Below, piece after piece: positions 1 through 8,893 of a DNA stretch of 64,000 bases; the first letter of the stretch is position 1, and every line of letters begins with the position of its first letter. Under the pieces are notes generated by a model, which ran no database searches, was not told where the DNA came from, and saw nothing but the letters and a program-made list of their open reading frames with translations. This DNA is from Longimicrobiales bacterium. GTDB taxonomy: Bacteria > Gemmatimonadota > Gemmatimonadetes > Longimicrobiales > Gaopeijiaceae. The stretch is from positions 3,296,001-3,360,000 of the forward strand of contig OZ241892.1 in NCBI GenBank assembly GCA_965203485.1, given 5' to 3'. The translations under genes and the position numbers were made by a program.

Positions 1-68
1 CGCCACCGAACCCTGACCGCAACGGCGCCCCGGCCCCCGCCCGCCCTCCGTTGTCCTAGCGCCGCCGC

Positions 69-935
69 ATGACGCCGCCCGCCCGCCCCGGCTCTCCGCT
101 CGTCGAGCGCCTGCGCCGCGAGATCACGCCGCCGCACGGCGAAGTCGTGGACGTGGACGTCCGCCGGCGCGTGGACGGCGAGCCGCGCACGGCGGTCGTG
201 GTGGTGCACGGCTTCAAGGGCTTCAAGGATTGGGGATTCTTCCCGTATGTGTGCGAGCGCTTGGCGGCGGCGGGCCACTTGGCGGTCTCCTTCAACTTCT
301 CGCTGAACGGGGTCGGCGCCGGCCGCAACGACTTCAGCGACCTCGACGCGTTCGGGCGCAACACGCTGAGCCGCGAGATGGAAGACTTGCACTGGGTCCT
401 GGACCAAGCGTCGGCCGGCGAATTCGGAGATGCGCGGCCCGAGCGCATCTGCCTCCTGGGGCACAGCCGAGGAGGCGGATCGTGCGTCGTGGCCGCCGCA
501 GAGAGGGACGACGTAGGCGCGCTGGCCACCTGGGCCGCGATCTCGACGTTTCGGCGCTGGACCGCCGAACAGGAAGCGGACTGGGACCGCGCCGGCGTGA
601 CGCACGTGCCGAACGCCCGCACGGGACAGGACATGCCGCTTCGCCGGACGCTGCTCGACGACTTCTTGCGCAACTCCGCCCGCCTCGACGTGCTGTCGGC
701 GGCCGAGCGGTTGCGGGCGCCCTGGTTGGTGGCGCACGGGGCCGACGACGCCACCGTGGCGGCCGACGAAGCGCAGACCCTCGCCGCTTGCTCCAACCGG
801 GCGGTCCTGGAAATCGTGGAAGGAGCCGGTCACACCTTCGACGCGGGCCATCCGATGGGACCCCCCTCGCCCGCGCTGTTGCATGTGGTCGGGCTGACGC
901 TGCGGCACTTCGAGGGAACTTCGCGCGACGCTTGA
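69..935 (+). CDS. Alpha/beta-fold hydrolase
   Basis: [10 protein letters not shown] oxyanion region, GHSRGG nucleophile elbow, HGxDD and AGHTF catalytic Asp/His motifs. Confidence 0.9.
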   Translation: MTPPARPGSPLVERLRREITPPHGEVVDVDVRRRVDGEPRTAVVVVHGFKGFKDWGFFPYVCERLAAAGHLAVSFNFSLNGVGAGRNDFSDLDAFGRNTLSREMEDLHWVLDQASAGEFGDARPERICLLGHSRGGGSCVVAAAERDDVGALATWAAISTFRRWTAEQEADWDRAGVTHVPNARTGQDMPLRRTLLDDFLRNSARLDVLSAAERLRAPWLVAHGADDATVAADEAQTLAACSNRAVLEIVEGAGHTFDAGHPMGPPSPALLHVVGLTLRHFEGTSRDA

Positions 936-1050
936 ATTCGGGTTGCCGAGAAACGCGCCTTCGACACCCGCCGACGGGACTTGCGCGACGGTGTTGCTTC
1001 GGCAATCATTGGGCGCGTTTTGCCGTGCGGCAACCACCGACGAGGAACGG

Positions 1051-1284
1051 ATGACCTACATCATCGCAGAGCCATGCATCGGCACGAAGGACGCGAGTTG
1101 CGTCGAGGTCTGTCCTGTCGATTGCATTTACGAGTCCGAGGAGCAGTACTTCATTCACCCCGACGAGTGCATCGACTGCGGGGCCTGCGAGCCGGAATGC
1201 CCGGTCCAGGCCATCTATCCGGACACGGACGTGCCGCCGGAGTGGACCGAGTACATCGAGAAGAACTCGGTCCACTTCGAATAG
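1051..1284 (+). CDS. Ferredoxin (FdxA-like dicluster Fe-S)
   Basis: MTYIIAEPC...[10 protein letters not shown]...[16 protein letters not shown] ribosome-binding site before ATG 1051. Confidence 0.95.
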   Translation: MTYIIAEPCIGTKDASCVEVCPVDCIYESEEQYFIHPDECIDCGACEPECPVQAIYPDTDVPPEWTEYIEKNSVHFE

Positions 1285-1454
1285 CCCTTGGGACCGAGAC
1301 GGCGGGCCGGGCCGACAAGTCCCCGGCGGATGCGACCGCGCGCGTGCTCGCACCGCCTCGAGGCCGAGACGGCGGAGACCGGCAACCTCTCGCTTGTCGG
1401 CGATGCGCCGTCCCTGCGCCTTGCGGAGCGCCCACAGGTTGGCCTGAACGTCGA

Positions 1455-1486
1455 AAGGGGGGCGGCGTCCGCGCACCGCCCCCCTT
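1455..1486. terminator. Probable bidirectional intrinsic terminator
   Basis: 11-bp stem AAGGGGGGCGG / CCGCCCCCCTT between the ferredoxin and a convergent small ORF. Confidence 0.6.
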
Positions 1487-1519
1487 CCTTCCGGGCTCGC
1501 CGATCCCAGCAGCTTCGGA

Positions 1520-1699
1520 TCAGATGCCCAGCTCCCTCAGCTTTTCCAACCTGATTTCTCCGGACGCGGTCTCCCCCGGAGGAACCCTGTCGGCAACGAC
1601 TTCGGACGCTTCGGTCCGATTGCCGCTCTGACGGAGCAAGGCCAGACCCGCCGCCGCCAGTGCGGCCGCCCCAACCAGACTCACGGTGAACTTGCGGAT
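1520..1699 (-). CDS. Small membrane-anchored hypothetical protein (59 aa, ATC start; absent from ORF track)
   Basis: Translates as (M)RKFTVSLVGAAALAAAGLALLRQSG...IRLEKLRELGI; AAGGGAGG lies 5 nt upstream of ATC; terminator downstream. Confidence 0.55.
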   Translation of the reverse strand: MRKFTVSLVGAAALAAAGLALLRQSGNRTEASEVVADRVPPGETASGEIRLEKLRELGI

Positions 1700-1924
1700 G
1701 GCTGCCTCCCTTCAGGTCTGCGGGCGCGCGGCTCGCGCACGCCCTGGTCGTGTTGCCCGGATTCCTCTGCAATTACCGTGCCAAGCTTTCCGGGCCGCCG
1801 CCGTCCCCACGCGCCGGAGGCGTCCGGGTACGCGCGGGCGTTGCCTTCCATGGCCTGTCGGCATCCATTGGCCGGGTGCCGCGCAACCGTGCGAGCAATC
1901 CCCCGCTTGTAGGATTTCCTGACG

Positions 1925-3184
1925 ATGTCGCCAAAATGCGACGCCGGTGTCCGCCGCGCGCGACGCCCGGCGCACGCGCCCGTCTTGCCTGCGGGCGCCT
2001 CCGCCGCGACGCCGCGCCCCGGACCGCCGAACCAGTCGCTCGTCCGGTCCCCCTGCCCCGTCGAGATGACTCGGCTGCTCGTGCGGACGCCTTCGGTCAA
2101 CCCGGAGCTGGAGGAGGGCGGCGCCGGAGAGGCGGGCGTGGCCGCGAAGACGGCGGAGTGGTTGCGGGCGTGGGGATGCGAAGTCGCGGTCGGCGAAGCG
2201 GCGCCGGGCCGGTGCAGCGTCGTGGCGCGCAAGGGACGCGGGGCCGGGCCGTCGCTGTTGCTGAGCGGCCATCTCGACACGGTTGGCGTGGCGGGCATGA
2301 CGGAGCCGTTCTCGGGCGAACTGCGCGACGGCAAGGTCCACGGGCGCGGCGCCGCCGACATGAAGGCGGGGGTCGCGTGCATTCTCGCCGCGGCCGCCGG
2401 GATCGCCGGCGAGGAGCTCGAGGGGCAGCTGGTCGTGGCCTTGACGGCGGACGAAGAGCACGCCGCGGTCGGCATGGAGGCGTTGCTGGAGGGAGGACTG
2501 CGAGCCGACGCCGCCGTGGTCTGCGAGCCGACGAGCCTGGCCGTCATGCCCGCCCACAAGGGCTTCCTTTGGATCGAAGCCAGCGTCGCCGGATGCGCGG
2601 CGCACGGATCGCGGCCCGACGTGGGAGTGGACGCGGTCGTGCACGCGGGCCACCTGCTGGTCGCGCTGGACGCGGAGGCCGGGCGTCTGGCGGCGGAAAC
2701 GGGCCACCCGCTCCTGGGCCCGGCCTCGGTCCACGCCGGCCTCGTCCGCGGCGGATCCGCTCCGTCCGTCTACGCCGCCGAGTGCCGGCTGGTGGTCGAG
2801 CGGCGCACTCTGCCCGGCGAAGGCCGCGAGAGCGTCATGGCGGAGATGGCGCGCGTGGTGGAGGCGGCCCGCCGATCGCGCCCCGGGCTGGACGCGAAGA
2901 TCAAGCCGGGGCTGTTCCGCGCCGGAACCGAAGCGGATCCGGAAGCGCCCGCGTTTCGCGAGCTTCGCCGCGCCTGCGCGCGCGCCGGACTGCCCGACCG
3001 GCTGGAAGGAATGTCGGCCTGGGTGGAAGCGGGCCTCCTCAACGCCTCCGGCACGCCGGCGGTGTGTTTCGGTCCGGGATCGATCGCCCAGGCGCATGCC
3101 GCCGAAGAGTGGGTCTCCGTCTCCGAAATACGCCTCTGCGCCCGCGTGCTGGAGGACTTCGCGCGCCGCTTCCTGGCGGGCTGA
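1925..3184 (+). CDS. M20 family ArgE/DapE-type deacylase (true start may be downstream, near 2066)
   Basis: SGHLDTV, GRGAADMK, ADEE, VCEPT and C-terminal AHAAEE metal-binding motifs. Confidence 0.92.
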   Translation: MSPKCDAGVRRARRPAHAPVLPAGASAATPRPGPPNQSLVRSPCPVEMTRLLVRTPSVNPELEEGGAGEAGVAAKTAEWLRAWGCEVAVGEAAPGRCSVVARKGRGAGPSLLLSGHLDTVGVAGMTEPFSGELRDGKVHGRGAADMKAGVACILAAAAGIAGEELEGQLVVALTADEEHAAVGMEALLEGGLRADAAVVCEPTSLAVMPAHKGFLWIEASVAGCAAHGSRPDVGVDAVVHAGHLLVALDAEAGRLAAETGHPLLGPASVHAGLVRGGSAPSVYAAECRLVVERRTLPGEGRESVMAEMARVVEAARRSRPGLDAKIKPGLFRAGTEADPEAPAFRELRRACARAGLPDRLEGMSAWVEAGLLNASGTPAVCFGPGSIAQAHAAEEWVSVSEIRLCARVLEDFARRFLAG

Positions 3185-3366
3185 CCGGGCAGGGGGGCTT
3201 CGCGCTCGCCCGGGGGGCGTCCCGGCGGGGGTCGCTCATCGTGTCCATCGCGTCGCGGGTTCCGCGCTCGCCGGGGCTTCGACCGAAGCCAACGAGCCCC
3301 TGCGGTTGCTCGTTGCTCGCGGACGGGCGGAGTCCGGCAAGCGGCGACGGCAAGCCGGCCGAACCG

Positions 3367-5763
3367 CTACTCGCTAACTGGACGCTGGCGCGCGCCGATG
3401 ACGTACTCGGGGGGTTCGGCGCCCAGCAGGTGGCGCACGAAGTAGTCCCAGCGGCGGCGCATCATGTAGGGCTCGGCGCCGAAGCCGTGCCCGCGGTTGG
3501 GGAGCAGGATCAGGTCGAAGTCCTTGTCGGCGGCGATGAGGGCGTCCACCACCAGGAGCGTGTTGTAGTGCGGGACGTTCGTGTCCATGGTGCCGTGAGC
3601 CAGCAGGAGCTTGCCCTCGAGATTCTCGGCCAGCAGCTGGTTGGCTTGGTTGTCGTAGTTGGTCGTGCCGTCCGGGCGCGTCTCCAGCAGACCCTGCCAC
3701 TTCTCGCCCCAGTCGTCCTCGTAGTTGCGGTTGTCGTGGTTGCCCGCCTGCGAGACCGCCACCTTGTAGAAGTCGGGGTAGCGGAGGATGCCTGCCGTGC
3801 TGGCGAACCCTCCCCCGGAATGCCCGTAGATGCCGACGCGGTCCAGGTCCAGCCATGAATGCCGCTCGGCCAGCTGCCGAATCGCGCCCACTTGGTCGGG
3901 AAGTCCGTTGTCGCCCATGTTGCCGTAGTAGGCGTCGTGGAATTCCTTGGACCGGCCCGGCGTTCCCATCGCGTCCACCTCCACGACGACGAAGCCCAGC
4001 TCGGCAATCGACTGCTTGTCTCCCCGCGACGCCCGAAACGACCGCGAACCCACGCTCCCCGACTGCGGTCCCGGGTACAGGTAGTTGACCACCGGGTAGG
4101 AGCGCGTCGAATCGAAGCCGGTCGGCTTGTACATGAGGCCGTGCAAGTCGGTCGCGCCGTCGCGCGCCTTGACGACGAACGGCTCGGGAGGCCGCCAGCC
4201 GCTGGCCGCCAAGCCCGAGATGTCCGCGCGCTCCAGCTCGGCGACGATCCGGCCCCGCTTGTCCCGCAGGACCGTCACCGGAGGCTCCACGGGCGTCGAG
4301 TAGCTGTCGACGAAGTACTCGCCGGAGGGAGAGAACGCGACGGCGTGGTCGGCGCTGTCGGGCGTGAGCAGCTGGAGGCCGGAGCCGTCCATGCCGACCC
4401 GGTACAAGTAGCGGAAGTAGGGATCGCCCGGTTCCCGGCCCGATCCGGTGAAGTACAGAACGCGCTCCTCTTCGTCCACGCGCAGAAGGCGCAGGATGTT
4501 CCAGTCGCCTTCGGTAACGCGGCCCAGCAAGCTCCCCGTGTCGAGGTCGAAGCGGTACAAGTGGCCCCAGTTGTGACGCTTCGAGTACCAGAGCGCTTCG
4601 CCGGCGCCGTGCAGGACGCGCCAGTTCTGGCGGCCCTGTCCCGACTCGAAGAAGTGTTCCTCGACCTCTTCGAGCACGTCGCGAACTTCGCCGGTCGCGG
4701 CGTTCGCGATGCGCAGCTGCGCGCGCTTGTGGTCGCGGGAGCTGGAGACGAACGCCAGCCGGGAGCCGTCGGGGCTCCACTCCGCGTCGAGGAGCGCTCC
4801 GCCGGGCCCGGCCACGTGATCGGTGATCGACGAGCGGTGCGGATCCGGCTGCATGTCCAGCCGAACCACGGCCGGGCCGTCGCCCCGAGGCCCGTTCAGA
4901 TGCACAACGACGCGGCTGATCCGAAAGATCAAGCTGTCGCCCGGCAACGGATACTTCCATGCCGACAGCTCCGGCCTGCCCACCGCGGTCGTCGCCATGT
5001 ACATCTCGCCCACGCCCCTCGCGTCGTGCTGGAACGTGGCGATCTTGTCCGACCCCGGCGACCACAGGAGCACCGGCGAGTCGCGCTTGATCCAGCCCGC
5101 GTTGTTGGTCGCGTAGCCGTAGTCCTGCACCCCGTCCGTCGTCAGCCGCGTCTCGGCGCCCGTGGCGAGTTCCCGCACCCAGAGGTTGTGATTCCTGATG
5201 AACGCCTCCTTGGTTCCGTCGGGCGAGGCAATGGCGTCGGGAGACGCCTCGGGAGCCGGGGCGGCTGGGGCGCACGCGTAGTCCACGCAAGTCCAGGAGC
5301 GGAGGGTCACCGCGATCCCGCCGTTCGCCGCGTCGCCGATCCGCTCCACCGGCAGGCGAAGGGACGCGAGGGTCGTGTCGGCGGCCGTGCCGGCGGCGGC
5401 CGCCAAGCGCGCGTGGTCGAACGCCGGAGACCGCGACCCGCTGGAAGGATCGACCAGCACGTACTCGAACCCGCCGGACACGGAGTTCCTGTACCAGAAC
5501 CGGTCGCCGGACAGCCAGTTGGGCCGGACGGCGGCGCCCAGGACGAGCGCCGAGGTCTCGCGGCCCAGGAAGGACTCGGCGCGGGCGTAGTCGGCGGCGG
5601 TGACCTCGGGCGCGGCTTGCGCGGGAACGGGGAGGTCGTCTTGGGCGCCGACGGCGCACGGAAGTACGGCGGCCAGGGCCAGGGCCAGGGTGGCGGGGGT
5701 GCGCGGGACGGCGGTATCGAGCGAGGTCGAGACCACGTGCGGCGTGAAGGTCGGGACTGGCAT
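3367..5763 (-). CDS. S9 family dipeptidyl-peptidase IV-like peptidase, secreted
   Basis: Signal peptide, DPP-IV propeller, GIYGHSGGG, HGTMDTNV, NRGHG. Confidence 0.93.
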   Translation of the reverse strand: MPVPTFTPHVVSTSLDTAVPRTPATLALALAAVLPCAVGAQDDLPVPAQAAPEVTAADYARAESFLGRETSALVLGAAVRPNWLSGDRFWYRNSVSGGFEYVLVDPSSGSRSPAFDHARLAAAAGTAADTTLASLRLPVERIGDAANGGIAVTLRSWTCVDYACAPAAPAPEASPDAIASPDGTKEAFIRNHNLWVRELATGAETRLTTDGVQDYGYATNNAGWIKRDSPVLLWSPGSDKIATFQHDARGVGEMYMATTAVGRPELSAWKYPLPGDSLIFRISRVVVHLNGPRGDGPAVVRLDMQPDPHRSSITDHVAGPGGALLDAEWSPDGSRLAFVSSSRDHKRAQLRIANAATGEVRDVLEEVEEHFFESGQGRQNWRVLHGAGEALWYSKRHNWGHLYRFDLDTGSLLGRVTEGDWNILRLLRVDEEERVLYFTGSGREPGDPYFRYLYRVGMDGSGLQLLTPDSADHAVAFSPSGEYFVDSYSTPVEPPVTVLRDKRGRIVAELERADISGLAASGWRPPEPFVVKARDGATDLHGLMYKPTGFDSTRSYPVVNYLYPGPQSGSVGSRSFRASRGDKQSIAELGFVVVEVDAMGTPGRSKEFHDAYYGNMGDNGLPDQVGAIRQLAERHSWLDLDRVGIYGHSGGGFASTAGILRYPDFYKVAVSQAGNHDNRNYEDDWGEKWQGLLETRPDGTTNYDNQANQLLAENLEGKLLLAHGTMDTNVPHYNTLLVVDALIAADKDFDLILLPNRGHGFGAEPYMMRRRWDYFVRHLLGAEPPEYVIGARQRPVSE

Positions 5764-6366
5764 CGGATTAACACGCTCTTCGGATGAGGGATGAGAGCCG
5801 TTGCGAGACCAAGCCGGCGCCCGCAGGACGTGTGCGCAACAAGATAGGGAAAGCGTCGCTTCGTCTGCCGCTCGGCGCGAAGGCGCGGCGCCCCGGTTCC
5901 ATGCATCTTCGGAACATCGGAACGAGGAGCGGCCAGGCGATTTCCCATGTGAATAAAGGAAGACAAGCATGAAGGAATGGAGCCGGCCCGCGGCACCTCG
6001 GCGACTCTTGCGATCTGCAGGCTTCGCCAGAGGTAAGTCCGAATGCGTTACGGCCGACATCGACCAACTCTCGGCGCTGGTTCAGTTTCGAAACCCGCGG
6101 GCCTTGGCCAGCGGCGTCGTGCCCGGCCGCCGGAACGCCGAATCGTCGCGCAACGTCGTGTCGCTCGTCACCTGCCGGGGAGGACCTTGACTCGCACCGC
6201 TTGTTGAACGGCGATAGCCCTTTCATTACCTTGCGGGTCGGCAACGCGTGCGGCAGGTTGCCGGTTGTCGGCGTGACGCCTGGCGGCCTTGCCGCCGGAC
6301 GTTGCCCCCATCACGGCTCCCACTTCGCGACTAGGGCGCGGCCACGACGAGCAAGAAAGCGAACAG

Positions 6367-7110
6367 ATGAACTCCATGAATCAACGGGAACGGTTGGAGA
6401 CGAGCCGGGGATGGTCGGCGCCCATGCACGCCTTGGTCCCATTGGCCTTGTTGGCCTTGGCGGGGTGCGGAGACGCGGCGGACCGGGCGGACGAGGGCGA
6501 GACCGAGGACGAAGTGGAATCCGTGGCGCCGAGCGATTTGCTCGACCCGGCGTCGCTCGCCGAAACCGCTCCCGAGACGTTTCGGGCCGAGTTCGAGACT
6601 AATGAAGGAACCTTCGTCATCGCGGTGACGCGCGCCTGGGCTCCGATCGGCGCGGACCGCTTCTACGCGGCGGTCAAGCACGGCTACTACGACGACATCC
6701 GCTTCTTCCGTGTCGTCGAAGGCTTCATGGCCCAGTTCGGCATGCACGGCGACCCCGCCGTCAACCGAGCTTGGTCCGGCTCCCGGATCGAGGACGATCC
6801 CGTGGTCGAGTCGAACACTCGGGGCATGGTGACCTTCGCGATGGGAGGGCCGAACACGCGCACCACGCAGGTCTTCATCAACTTCGGCGACAACTCCCGC
6901 TTGGACGAAGACGGCTTCGCGCCGTTCGGCCAAGTCGTCGAGGGCATGGACGTGGTGGACCGGCTGCACGCCGGCTACGGCGATGCGAGCCCGAGGGGGA
7001 ACGGCCCCACGCAGGCAAGCATCGCGGCCCAAGGCAACGCGTACTTGACGGCGAGTTTCCCGGAGCTGGACTATGTCGTCTCCGCGAGGATCGTAGAACC
7101 GGAGAATTGA
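6367..7110 (+). CDS. Cyclophilin-type peptidyl-prolyl isomerase, lipoprotein
   Basis: FFRVVEGFMAQFG, RTTQVFIN, FAPFGQVVEGMDVVD; LLALAGC lipobox; start uncertain. Confidence 0.93.
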   Translation: MNSMNQRERLETSRGWSAPMHALVPLALLALAGCGDAADRADEGETEDEVESVAPSDLLDPASLAETAPETFRAEFETNEGTFVIAVTRAWAPIGADRFYAAVKHGYYDDIRFFRVVEGFMAQFGMHGDPAVNRAWSGSRIEDDPVVESNTRGMVTFAMGGPNTRTTQVFINFGDNSRLDEDGFAPFGQVVEGMDVVDRLHAGYGDASPRGNGPTQASIAAQGNAYLTASFPELDYVVSARIVEPEN

Positions 7111-7553
7111 GCGCACAGGAGGCGGCGAGCGCGGACGCCCGCGCCGCGCCTGCACGCGATTGCTTCGTTTGCGGGCCCGACAACCGGATCGGACTCCATC
7201 TGGACTTCCGCCTCGAGGACGGAACTTGCGTTTCCGAGTTCACGCCGGGCCGTGACCACGTGGGCTACCCGGACGTCGTGCACGGCGGCATGATATACAG
7301 TGCCTTGGACGATGCAATGGCGAACTGGTTGTATCTCCGCGGCGCCCGCGCCTACACGGCCCGATGCGAAATCCGGTACCGGCGGCCCGTCGCCGTCGGC
7401 GACACCCTGCGTCTCGTGGGCCGCCCGACCGACCGCAAGCGCAACTTGGTGACGATGGAAGGAACTGCCACGCGCGAATCGGACGGCGAAGTGGTGGCCG
7501 TGGCGACGGGCACGTTCGTGGTCCTGAACGAGTCGGAGTTCGAGGGAGCGTAG
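7107..7553 (+). CDS. PaaI family (hotdog-fold) thioesterase
   Basis: CFVCGPDNxxG, VHGGMIYSALDDAM; TTG start overlaps the cyclophilin stop. Confidence 0.88.
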   Translation: MSAQEAASADARAAPARDCFVCGPDNRIGLHLDFRLEDGTCVSEFTPGRDHVGYPDVVHGGMIYSALDDAMANWLYLRGARAYTARCEIRYRRPVAVGDTLRLVGRPTDRKRNLVTMEGTATRESDGEVVAVATGTFVVLNESEFEGA

Positions 7554-7736
7554 TCCCGCGCCAACGGCAGCGCCGCAAGGCCGGCACGTGTGGTTCGCGG
7601 CGAGCGGCATCCGAGGGATGCGCGTCGTGCCCGCCCAAAGAACAGGCGCGGGAATCGCGTCTTCGGCGCGTTGGGCAAGCACCGCGGTCGAGCCTCGGCC
7701 CGCCCCGGCAACAGACGCATGCCGGGCCGGGCCGCC

Positions 7737-8123
7737 CTACCGCGATCGGCTCGTGAGGACGATGGCTCCGTTGGGGAATCCGGTTCCGTACTGCATGGTC
7801 GCGTCAGACGCGCTCATGAAGCGCATCGATTCGACGGTGGACGCGGCGATGGTCGACAGGTAGGACTGGTCGCCCACACGGGTTCCGTCGTGCACGATGA
7901 CCGCGCGGGCGCGGTTGCCCTGCAACCATTGAGGCCGCAAGCGGCGGATCGCGTCGAATACCGACAACGTTGAGACCTCCGCCAGCTCGTCGGCCGTGAT
8001 CCGGTTGGTGCTGCGGCGGGGTCCCGAGGAGCCGCTGCCGCTGGTGGCGCAGGCCGCCAGCGCGGCGGAGATGCCAAAGGCGAGGAGGACGGCGGTGGCG
8101 TGCTGGGGACGGCGTGCGAGCAT
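7737..8123 (-). CDS. Small lipoprotein resembling a stand-alone TonB plug domain
   Basis: ALAAC lipobox; ITADEL...DAIRRLRP...DG...VESMRF...A..QYG...NGAIVLTS plug-like pattern; GGAG RBS. Confidence 0.7.
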   Translation of the reverse strand: MLARRPQHATAVLLAFGISAALAACATSGSGSSGPRRSTNRITADELAEVSTLSVFDAIRRLRPQWLQGNRARAVIVHDGTRVGDQSYLSTIAASTVESMRFMSASDATMQYGTGFPNGAIVLTSRSR

Positions 8124-8243
8124 GGAGGGCTCCTTCTTGGGGCGGGGGATCAATCAAGTCGCCCGCTGAACATACCGCCAGCCGGGCGTGCGCGGCCAGC
8201 GCCCCGTGAAGAGCCCGGCGGCGACAAGCGGAAGGCCGGGACG

Positions 8244-8882
8244 GTGGAGGCGCTCGAGGGCTGCGACGCCTTCTTCCTGATCCGGCCGCAGGAGAGCTGG
8301 GGCACGCGGATCGGGCGCCAGCCGGAGGGTCCGGGCCCGGTGATTCAGGACCCTGGCGACGGCGAGCACGCGGTCGTGTGGACCTACGAGGAGGAGGGCA
8401 AGCCGCCGGTGTCGGTGGACTACGGGCTGTACGACTCGGACGAAGCGCTGGAAGCGGCCATCGCGACGGCCGCGGGCTTGCCTATGGTGGCGGCTTGCGA
8501 TGGCCGAGCGGGCGGTTGCACGGGGGGTGGTGGCGGAGGCGGGACCGATTCGGTGCCGAGCACGCACCTAACCCAATTTGTACTGAAGGTTCACGGCGAC
8601 GGCGTTGGCGCCGCCGAAGTCGAAATCACCGTCGGCTACTGGTTGCAGGGTACTCACATACGCGGAACGCGCCGTGAGACGGGGGTAACGAAAAATGTAC
8701 CCCGCGACGTAAACAGGGTGATCGTAGCTGGTGTTCCACGTCCCGGCGGCGTACTCTTCTATGCGAGGGCAAGCGAAACCGATTTTTGGCGGGACGACAA
8801 CCTCGGTTTTCAGCGTTTCGGCTACTCCGAGGGCGGGACTGTTCTGAATCTCGACAAGATCGACATCTCGCTCAGCTGGTAG
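8244..8882 (+). CDS. Hypothetical protein, probably 5'-truncated (start uncertain)
   Basis: Coding-like frame with Gly-rich linker and beta-rich C-terminus; ends 11 nt before the TonB receptor; no signal peptide or clear start. Confidence 0.45.
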   Translation: MEALEGCDAFFLIRPQESWGTRIGRQPEGPGPVIQDPGDGEHAVVWTYEEEGKPPVSVDYGLYDSDEALEAAIATAAGLPMVAACDGRAGGCTGGGGGGGTDSVPSTHLTQFVLKVHGDGVGAAEVEITVGYWLQGTHIRGTRRETGVTKNVPRDVNRVIVAGVPRPGGVLFYARASETDFWRDDNLGFQRFGYSEGGTVLNLDKIDISLSW

Positions 8883-8893
8883 GAGGCGGAGCA

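Noticed and set aside
5764..6366. Short ORFs in the gap between the S9 peptidase and cyclophilin
   Set aside because: No recognisable motifs or convincing RBS; a gene remnant cannot be excluded.
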